From Balanoglossus misakiensis (lineage: Eukaryota; Animalia; Hemichordata), in the NCBI GenBank assembly GCA_040954595.2, contig CM082594.2, positions 9,069,612 through 9,133,611 on the forward strand: a DNA stretch of 64,000 nucleotides, written 5' to 3'. How positions within the stretch are numbered: position 1 is the stretch's first letter; every line of letters begins with the position of its first letter. Of the stretch, positions 45,880 through 64,000 are shown in pieces. The translations under genes were made by a program, and so were the position numbers. The notes beneath the pieces were generated by a model. That model worked only from the letters and a program-made list of their open reading frames with translations, did not search any database and had not been told where the DNA came from.

Positions 45880-48800
45880 AGACACAAAGACATTATTTTA
45901 TTTTGAAGCAGTAAGTTTATTTCTTGGATTAATACTTGAATCATGGTCAGTTAAGTAGCTGTGTTTACCTTTACTGCTTAAATTTCTATTCGTCCTGCAT
46001 TCTCAGTTCAGCAAAATTTACAGCCTACAGAATGACTATCTTTCTAAACTACACTGCTGAACTTTCCGGAGGGGCAGACCCTGACACTAGGAGCGAAAAA
46101 ACTCCCACCTTCAAGTCAGGCAGCTCCGGGTTTGTTCACCTACATCAAAAAAACTGGATTCTTCCTTTTTTATATAATAATATTTCTTACGGGAATGATG
46201 AAGTTGACATGGAAAAGAAGAGAAGTCTGGATATTTTAAAAAACTCTGCTGAGTATCAAAATTTTCCATAGAGTTTGGAAACCACAATATCATACTCCAA
46301 ACCGACTGACTCCACATGTTCACGTTACTTGTATCACAGAGAGAGAGAATTGGAATTGAAAAGACAAGGTACCGAGTAAGTCTTGGTACATAAAACTGGA
46401 CAATATCTGCTCAATGGATTCTGAGATGTGGATTGGAGGAAAAAACGTCTACTATACAAGCTATCTCAATTGATGCACATGTGAAAATATACAAACAAGT
46501 TCTCTTTGGATTAGTACAAGAGATGTTTGTTTGGTTGAATGAGTCATCAAAGATAGCCAGAACACCATCAAACACTACGTCACAAGCATAAGTACGAAAC
46601 CTCGTTGACGAGCCATCAAACAGAAACGTAAATAGGCTTTGGTGAGTCATTAAAAAATAAAACGCCATTATTCTCTTGTATATGCAATTTCTTGGTATAA
46701 AAATAAAAACTGTTTGAAATTTTCAACTTCCTTCTCCTTGGCGTCAACTCCATCATTCCATAAGTACAATAGTTATATTCAAAAAGAGATCTTTAGGAAT
46801 TCCTACTTCTATCCTGGCATACACAATTGTCTCAAAGGTTTTTATCTTTGTTCTTTTATATGTTGTGCCAAAATCTTCTTTCTGTCTCACGCACATCTCT
46901 GAAATATTCAGACTGTGTTTGCTTGACACAGCCACACTGAGGAATATATAACATTATTCTCAGACACACATTCAAAGTGTCGAATTTTGGTATTTAAATT
47001 CCTCAATGTCTTCAACCTCTAGAAGTGGAACCCTTTACATGTTTTTGAAAGACTAGGCAAAGTTTTTTTGTGTCTTTTTAAGTACATAAATTAGTAATGC
47101 CAGGAAAAATCTTTGATTAATGTTTTTTGTTTCCTTCTTTCACTAAAAGTCTACATACTAAGTGCTACGGCTAAAACTAGTTTGTTTTTGTAGTTTTTTT
47201 TTACTTTGCCTTAAATAGGTTATTCAAAATCTGTGCAATTTGTTATATATCAGGTTTATAACTACTTGGTAAAGAAAATTTCAGTGATTTCTTCATCCGA
47301 CCTTTGATTTTTGAAAATGTAATATATCAATGTGCAAAAAATTGTCACAATAAATAATGAGTAATAATACGACAGTAGCGAATAAATATGAAATCTTAGC
47401 CATAACCTTTTGTGTTCCAAGCTTCGACCCAGTATGCACTACCCATCACCAAAACCTTCAAAACACAGGGAACCTCACAAAACACATCAGAACATGATTA
47501 CTATGTATGTCAGTAAAGACAGCACAAACTGGAACAAATTTACCGAAAAATTGTGTACAGCACAGAAAGAGATTGAGAAGTAAAATATTTATATCCAGAA
47601 ATCTTTACATTGATTCTTAGAAAATAGAAACATATTTTTTGTACAGTAATTTATTCAACATCTGCAATTAATTAATTCGAGTCATTATCAGACATTAGGC
47701 GTCTGACTCATTCTTCTGTTACTAAATATTTAAAACTTGGTATTGAAAAATTCTTGCTTCAAGTTGAAGCGGCAAATATTTCACAAAAATTATGAAAATT
47801 ATGAAAAAGTGAAGCTCTTGTAAATTCAGTCAACTTTCCCCTCAAAACATCAATGTCATCATTTACATTATCTATTATAAGATGAGACATAGGGCCAAAG
47901 CTTGGAACACAATCGGCATCAAAATACTCACAATATCTCTGAGAAAAGACTTTACATTAAATAATTCAATCTTATGCAAATAAGTTTTGATATAATAAAT
48001 AAAGTAACCTAAAGCTTAAATTGAAAATAAATGATGAAATTCATCCTAAAATGCAAAGCAACGCAAAATTGCTGTTGCCAAAGTACAAAACCGTTTTGCT
48101 TGCACACTGCCCTCATTAGTTAGAAATGCACAAGTACTTTTGTTTTTCATACGAAAGATGATGCTCTGTCAGTTTGATTGTTGTGCATGGTGAACTCAAA
48201 AGTACATGTAAAAGTCACAACAACAATCTCTTGATATATCTGTCATCCTTTCTCACTGAGAAAAGAATTATCAATTCTACAGATAAAAACACAGAGATAG
48301 TGACTATTGACACTGCTTTGCATGGTCTGACTAATGCTAAAATATTGCACAATTGAGGCAAAGGACCTCCAAAAAGGTTCAATTTTTCCCTTCAATAATA
48401 ATTTTTGATCAGCTGGTAAAAGGAATTCTCATTCCATGTTACAACACTAAATATGTTGCAATTTTCTTGCTTTTATTCAAAGTATCAAACATTTTGTTCA
48501 TTTCTAACAGAAATATCCTCTACATCGCTAAATATCTTAGAAATTAAAATTTCAGAAATTAATTCTGGTAAAGTTTGTGCAATTATTTCATTTATAGATA
48601 TATATGCTAGCATACTGGACTACGTATATTGGTGAAAGTTACAGAATTATAATCGTTATTTTTGTGATTTTTTTCCTTTTTTGGTTAACTACTAAAAAGT
48701 TAGAGTTTAAATGAAAGGTAAAAGTTCAAAAAAGAAGTCAGAAATCTTTTTCTGTCGTTTTAGGGATTCTCGGATGGAATAGAAATGATAAGGGCCCCAT

Positions 48801-51800
48801 AAGAAAACATTTCCAAGACACTGCACTTTGGGACGAGTTGGTTTTTTATGATTTCAAAAAGATTTCTGAGTCTTCATTTTTTTCAAAAGATAAATGATAT
48901 GTCTTGTTGCTAGAAGACACTAGTTATCTCATGTTATTACTTGTAAACACTACATGGCTATCACAGGTTAATAGATTCAACCTCACCTAACTTTTACTGA
49001 AAACACCCCAACCCCACCCCACCCCTCTCAACACAAATGGTATCACCCAGATCAGTTACCAAGTTACCTAGTTTGGGATATTCTAATAATCAAAACCAGG
49101 GAATGGTTTATTTTAAAGCTAGAGGATCGATAAATATTTTACTTTTGTAATATTGCACTTTTGAAGCAAAGCAATGCAAAGAGTAACATGCTCCCTTTTC
49201 AAAGTATTAGTATCAACTACAATTTTGTTTCCAAAATTATTAGCAATGGAATGTCTTCATCTTCGAGAAATTATGGTGTACGAAACAAACATGCAAGATA
49301 AATTTGGCAGAAAACATGTTTAACAGATAAAATCTTAGGGTTCTTTTCTTTGCCAACACACGCTACCTTTACAATACATGATCATATACAAGGTTGGTTT
49401 TAAACCCACTAACCCTTCCACCCCCATTGTTCCAGTACACTGGTCCGATTACACTGCTAAAACTATAGGGACGAACCAAGCTGAGGTAGTGGATGGGTTA
49501 AAATACAGCAAAGATGTTAGCAACAGATATGTTTCACTATGCTGTTAACGTGGGAATCAGCTCAGTTTTATTTACAGTGAGCTTGGTACTCATTTTTCAC
49601 TTCACAACAACTATCTGTTGATTTCACTGGCTATGGAACAAACTTCTGATGAATTTGACAGTCAAGCTTGGCAAAGTTGAGCATACACCTGTCAAGATTA
49701 GACAATAACAATGAAGTCATGTGCCATGATGTTTACAGGTTTCTGGTGACTTTTTTGGTGGGAAAGTCTACTTGATAACACAGAAATGTGAGTGTTGTGT
49801 TACAAAATGAATTCGTAAGTCTGATCAAAATACTCTATTCGTGTGTTACAAAATGAACTTCTATCGCATAAATTCAAACAATCAAACAAACACAATGTAA
49901 TGTTTGGTGAAATGGACCAAAGGAGTTAAAAGCTGTCATCTTTTTCGGCTCTGTCAATACAGACTAGAAATGGTATCAGGACGGTCACCCTCTGGGTATA
50001 TGGTCATTTCCCTCCCACCAGTTACAGGCCAGGGTTATTAAAAACACATAAAAAATGACAGCTACTTAGCCCCTTTACAGACAAAAAAAAACTGATATTA
50101 CCTGTTCGGTATGTAAATAACCACTCTAGGGTGACTAAAAACTGAATAATGGCAGTGACAAATTAATAATAATACTTTATAAATTTTCATTTTATACAAT
50201 CTGATATTGCACTGGGTTTAGGGTAAAGCATTAGATTTTATATCCCTGGTGGGTGTATAAAAATTCCCATCACTAAAATAAAATCACTGAAGTCAGATGT
50301 GGAGGTGGTTTTCATTACTGAGAATGGTAATCACATTTAGCAGGGCCATTTCCGTGGGTGAGGATTGGATCATCTAAACAAATAATTCATATAAATGATC
50401 AACTTTTTCCCCATGTATAACACCCCACATAAACTCAATGTGTGTCCTGCAAAATGATCACCATATCCTTCAATGCAGAAAAGCTCCATCCACAGAGGAC
50501 AAAACATAAAAATTTCCATTCTCTTAAAGCATAGGGTCATTATTAATTTAAGTACAAAGACCTCTCATCCTCATCATCTGTCGGTTGGTACCTTGGTACT
50601 CCATCTTCATCTTCAAGTTCATGTCTTTTTTTCTATACATGTATCACAAATTTTTGTAATTTCCCTTAGGGGTTCAATAATTAAAAGCGAGGTAGGCCAA
50701 ACTTCAATAAAAGTGACTCTCTTTGGTTGTCATGGATATCTGTCAACTGATACTATGGTAACATATCCACCTGTCAACAGAGAAGACATAAGAGTAGAGT
50801 AAGTGTCAATAGATATCTATCATACCAAATATCAATATACATGTATAAGTATCTATTTCTATACATATATGAGTATAAAACAACAATACAAAAGTTAATT
50901 TGAGATGCAAGTGCCATTGTTTGTATTTCTGGTAATTAAGTAACCCTACCACCCCTATCATCCCATGGATCAGTCCAGTATTACTGGTAACCATGAGTGG
51001 TCAAATGCTGAGTATAGTTTGTCCACCATTTTGAATTTTACACTACTACAGCACTAGTGGATTTTAGATGTGAAATGCTGCACAGTTGGTCACGGCTGAG
51101 GAAAAAATTACTTTCCATCTCTACGTGAGCATTTATGACAAACAACTTGTAGTACTTCGGTGCAATATATACCAGATAATACATGTACATCAATACAAAA
51201 TTGTATGTTTAATAAACAAGTTAGATGATATGGGAAAAAGCATTTCTGATAAAAACATGTAGCTGTAAAACACATAACGACACAGAAGGTGTTGTGTTGT
51301 TTTGTTAGAGAGGAAAGTCAGTCCCCTCAAGTTGCCACAATTAATGGAGAGGTTAATTAGGTTCAACAAGACAAAACAAAGTCATGGTTCATTAAGTTTT
51401 CCATGAATATTGGATGTTAAACATGACTATCAAACACTGATCTCTCTTCACTCTGCTTGTAGCATGAATAAATTTAAGCACTAGGTTCTTCATGACAGTA
51501 TGGTAACAGTGGAGTATTGGATTTCATCAAATTCACAGAGAAACCCAAAGTACAACGTCTATAACCCGATCAGCTAGCACACGCTACTTCACAATCAAGA
51601 TATAAAAACTTCAATATTAGGAAGGCTGGGTGCAATTCCAATTGTGTACAGCAAAAACCATGAACATTCTCCCATTTAAGGAGATATGGTTTTTAAACAA
51701 CACAAACTTTGACATTTAGAGATATAAAACATATAACAATAACAACTTAGCTTTGGTCAAGGATATTGACACAGTGAACATTTTTCTCATCACCAACTTT

Positions 51801-52260
51801 TGTCAAACATTTCACGGGGTTGAATTTGTATGTGTTTTGTTGATATTTATTGATAAAAGGAACAAAAATAATGGAAGCAAATGATGTTAAGAATGTATAG
51901 ATCAGGAAAAGGGAACATCAAAAACCATGACTATAAACGCAAAGTAAAATTGGAGCAAGCAGAACTGGAGGAAAGAAATCACAAAGGCGACCACCATAAC
52001 TGTACGAACGGGACTGCAGTAAAAGAACAAACGAAATGAAAATGACAAAAATAACTCAAGGCCTAAAAAGATACCAACCACCAAATATAATCATCACAGC
52101 TTTGACAGAATCAACAGACTTTCAAAAAAGACACTGTACTGACGACATCTTTGATGGCAAACGAGCCACTTACTCGTTAGCACCTGTCAATCAAATGCTG
52201 GTTGCTATGGTGATGGGCCAAACCATATCATCGTTGCTTTTTGTTTTGGTCATCTGGTCT
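45880..52260 (-). other. Inferred long (~6 kb) terminal 3' UTR exon of the CELF gene
   Basis: A donor lies ~22 nt after the CELF stop (gtgagt at 54664-54659), with a candidate acceptor cactag| at ~52258. The sequence is ORF-free and U/UG-rich on the minus strand. AATAAA signals at ~45902-45897 and ~45922-45917. Boundaries are inferred. Confidence 0.4.
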
Positions 52261-54687
52261 AGTGGTTGCCATAGGAACAGGGTGTGCAAAAGGGGGAGAA
52301 AAGAATGAGGCATGATGGGAAGGGTGCAAATCACTTGTGCAACTTAAATGAGTGGAGGGGAGAAAAACAAACAAACAAAACGTCAAAATAGTTGCAGAAA
52401 GATAAACAACCAGCTACTATGTGCACAAATAGTCTATGCAAATGTTGATAATTTCAAAAACATCCTGATATAAAAAAGAAAATGCTCGTGTGCTTCATCT
52501 CATGCCGTACAACAAACACATGTGAAGACAAAAAATAACAGACAAACAAATAAACATCCCATACCAACAGAGTTACATCACAATATTGACCTTTCCTCAA
52601 CAACTCACAACCACAGTTCAAGACTTGCATATGATTTGAATAATTTGCATGTCATTTGCATATGATTTACATGTGCCCTCTGTGAATATACTCACTGTCC
52701 ACAAATATGTCGTACTTCTAAGAACAACCTGACATTAAAGCAATCCTTGGACAAAATACAAGACTATACTCCACCAGCAAAAACATATCACTGAAGTTAC
52801 CTGCCAAGATGTAATACCTGTACATTAATTTACTTTCATGTAAATTTACATTAAAACTACAGCTATTGTCCTTTAAAGCTTCTGACATCTTCATCATGAA
52901 GATTGGACGTACAAACATATGTCTGTTACTCAAGACTTGCTCAGTTAACAATCCCTGAGGGAAAAGTGGATTTAAGAATTGTGCTAGATGATCTTAAAGA
53001 TATATGTTGGGTATACGATTGATACACAAAGGATTTCAGAGTGTGAAGTGTGTGTAATACAGCTTTTGTTTTTGGTGAATTTCTCACAGAAGAATTCTCT
53101 TGGGGACTCGCAGATCTGACGGATGAGGGTATAATGTTACTGTGCAGTGGTGATGTTAACACCTTTCGTTCAGTTAATGCCTCACTCAGATACTGTAATA
53201 TGATCACTAAGTAATGTCTTGATTTTGCACAGTTTGACATTTCTGCTTGTAAAAAAAGCAAATACGATATCACACAAGAAGATGACTTATTCATAAATCA
53301 CTTCCAACCATGATCAACATCTCAGGAAAATGTCAAAATGATTACTCGTATGACTTCATGCTTAGAAATCACCAAACAGGAGATCTGTTGAATATTTAAA
53401 CCAAAACTAAATGCAGTTCAACAATTTAATGACTTTAAAAAACCAGCCCTATCAATATGAAATAACATTGCTACTTAATTCTTTCCAATTTTATAATTTT
53501 CAACATAAACCATTCGGTTCATTTAATTGCTCAAGAGATGTAATTTTTTTCAATGAATACATTTCTTGATTCAATAAACTACCAAATTCATTTATAATAT
53601 TGCAGACATCAAAATTGATATATCATTAATGTTATCAAAACCACAATCACAAAAATCCAATAGTTGTCATTCAGAAAAAAATTACAAAATGACACCAAAT
53701 TAGATTCAAATCATTCCTCATACATGTACTTTCTGAATCCATCAAATTTGTTATAGTATATATTCATAATGTAAGTGCTTCTCAAAATTTCACAATACCT
53801 GTAAGTAATGGGCAATTTTTATGTACATAAAATACTTGAAGTAGTTGAAATTCACAGAAGGGATAGTTTGGCAAAGAAATTAAGGTCAGTTGCAAATTGA
53901 AATAAGCGCAGTTCAAAGCTGATGCCAAAAATTTGGGGAATATTCAGAGAAACAAAGAAGAGACCTCTTCCTTGAATACTAGGCCTTGATTTCCGTGAAC
54001 TGTAACAGCTACCCACACTTGTTGCCAAGGTTACAATCTGTTCACACAAATACAAGTGCTTTTTCTTGTCATTACAAGAAATCAAGGGTTTATTTGTCAT
54101 CTCTGTTCAGCTCACAGCTACTAGACACAGACAGATGAGTCCTCTAAAAAAATAACCATATCTCTTCGCTCCGGCACCAGCTACAGATTGAGTGTTTCAT
54201 TTCAGAAAACGTGTCAAAATAAAGAGTTATGTTTCTGAAGTAGTATTATCTAACATTGTGTTCACGGTGTGTGGGCGTAAGTTGTCACGGTCCAATGCTT
54301 GGCATTATCAACACTGAAATCCTTGGAGTGTGTCTTGTATAATGAAACCTACATATTACGACCATTTCTAGTTTGAAACTTGCAAGTAATAATTAATATT
54401 CAAAACTAAAACTAGGTAAGGGTGGTAAAAACCATGTTTTCACACCTTGTCAGGTGACTTAATTTTCCGATAGGCTCTTGTGAGGCTCTGTGAGCCAAGA
54501 ATATGAGAAAAATATGTAGGTGTGGTGTTTTTAAAGCACCATTCCCTTTATATAAAAAGAGCTGGCATGTACAGCAGATATGTTTTACTTTGGCAGGTAA
54601 CTTCAAAATCTAGGAATAACAAACTAGTAACTTGCTAACAGCGAACTTGGAGACCAAAACTCACCATGATGCCTGCAGTGTGTGTTT

Positions 54688-61925
<7,238 letters not shown>

Positions 61926-64000
61926 CTGGTGAATAGAAAAAGCTATTAACGTCACATAAACTCAAGAAATCTTTTTTTATTCTACACATCTTTTATTAAA
62001 CAGTCACCTGGAACAAAGTTAAATAATGTTAGCAATGGAAATAAAAAGATTAATGTTTCAATTACAAAAACATGAAAAGGACGCTGACAATATCATCAAA
62101 ATTTGACTTTTAACAACTTCAGTTTGAATGACATTTCTGCTCTTGTAAAGCTTTTTAAATCAGCAAACTCCATTAACAGGAGTGCACACAACCTCTCCTG
62201 TGAAATACAACAAGGACATTTTTGTTTAGAGATTTGTATGATATACATAATACTGCAATAACAGTAATGGGGTCACGTAATACATATTATTAAAGTTAAG
62301 TATTGCCAGCCATCTAATATGGAGGCCCTAGGGTTTGTGCTTTCCTATATTAAAATGCTTCTCTGTGTTACAAAGCCTCCTTTGCTTGTACTCAACTTGA
62401 AAAAAAATCCCAAGACTATCGTAAAAATATCCCTAGACCCTCAAGATGTATAGTATCACGTTGGCAGTGCATGCACTGTTATTTTCCATTTTGGCAATGC
62501 AACAGAATTATCTGACACCTTGAAGGCCGTCAGGAAGTTTAGATTCCCTAACTAGGTGATTATTCACCCCTTAGTAGCCAGACAAAAACACACAGTACTT
62601 TGCTGTATCATATTCCCTTCCTAACAAAATTTTTAATCATTGTTTACTTTGTTACTGCAAGATTCGTGTATGAAATCAAATGTATTCAGAACGACCGACA
62701 CTCAGAAAAGCTGAACAGCACTTGTAGATTCCAAGGATAAAGAAATTTATGACAAGAGAGGGAAATATTGCCATTGACCTTGAGACAAACACTGAATCTC
62801 CCAAGCTTTAGAAAAGCTACAGTTGCACAAGTACCAACTGTCACATCTCTGTTGTTGGACATGACTCAGATGCTGATTAACCCACAGGGGTACTCCAGTA
62901 ACATAGTAACTTGAAAATTATGTGATAAGATAGTGTTAATGAGATAACTCGTTTGCAGAGCAGAGGTGCTTCATTATCCAATGATTAATAACCTCAATTT
63001 ATCTTAACAGACATATCATCATCATTATCAACATTATAATTGATGTCTCACTTCCAAGCCTTTTGAAACTATCGCAATTAATTTGCTGTTGTTGCTTAAT
63101 TGTGACAGGTCAATGCATTACAAACTGGCCATGTTAATTTGTAAAATACACTCCAATAACCCATCAAGAAGTAAGCATATTTTGAGCAAGAATGATACAA
63201 ATACTCAGGAACCAACCAATAAAATATACAGTATCTTATAGCAAGTGCAGTTTATTTAGTAAGCTCTCTTAATGTGAACACCAGATGGCGCCATTGACAC
63301 TATTATACATATTCCACAACCAAGCATGACTTGACAATACCGGTACAGGGAGGTTGTTTCACAGTCCATTTAAAAATCAATAGGAAAGATAACATGTTTG
63401 TTCTTTCATTATTTATTTGCAATTGGGTGTTTGAAACCAGCCTCCGGGTGATACAAATGAATATACTGCAATGCAAACAAGGCATTTGGATAAAACACGC
63501 GGCGAAAAAGAACTGAGAAATAAAGATAATTAAGACCCCATCTGAGAATGGGTAAACAATTCATCACAGGTAGAAATTCATCACAGATGACATATCTGAA
63601 AATCTAACAGATGGTTTTGATCTGGCTGGGTTTATTTGGTGTCTCACCAGTCATAACTGATTGGAAATACAAAAGTTACATAAAACCACTGAGACTCAAC
63701 AGGTGGTCTTTTCATCGAGTAGACAAACACAGAAGGAAAAAAAATAGCTATGAATAATTTATGGCTATTTGATATAAAAAATGATCATGTGTAGTAATAA
63801 TAGCAACATGAGATTTGTCCATCTGTTCCTAAATAGGGGCAGACTATTTATCCCTGGGTGGGAACAGTGTGTATTTTGAGGGATACCTGAAGGATTCAGT
63901 GTTGGAATTAAAATTTAATAATATGCAAATTAGAATAAATGTCGGCCTGCCTTGTCTGGTAAAATGGATGACCATTTATTAATCATCTGTGAGATGGGGA

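Overview
Eukaryotic, AT-rich, intron-containing animal genomic DNA. Gene content and intron style suggest an invertebrate deuterostome such as a hemichordate or echinoderm; this is inference only. Six protein-coding loci were reconstructed by hand from GT-AG splice sites. (1) A ~20-exon MET/RON-family receptor tyrosine kinase (- strand, 467-7601) in which a mucin-like glycosylated stalk appears to replace the Sema domain. (2) An intronless double-BTB/BACK/kelch protein (+, ~9792-12101). (3) A 4-exon RERG/RASL12-like small GTPase (-, 13718-16094). (4) A 102-aa putative neuropeptide precursor that the ORF track does not show as a whole (-, 34392-37439): signal peptide, then DMGLPCLDFWSKWCGRRP-G-KR. 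(5) Carnosine N-methyltransferase CARNMT1 (-, 42924-45453). (6) The 3' part of a CELF3-6/bruno-like RNA-binding protein gene (-, 54688 to beyond the window end), probably with a long structured 3' UTR. The 17-34 kb interval is gene-poor and contains a 59-bp-arm hairpin and candidate non-coding transcripts. The best novelty candidates are the disulfide-bridged amidated neuropeptide and the Sema-less mucin-stalk MET-like receptor. All exon coordinates were read by eye and may be off by a few bases; no database searches were run.
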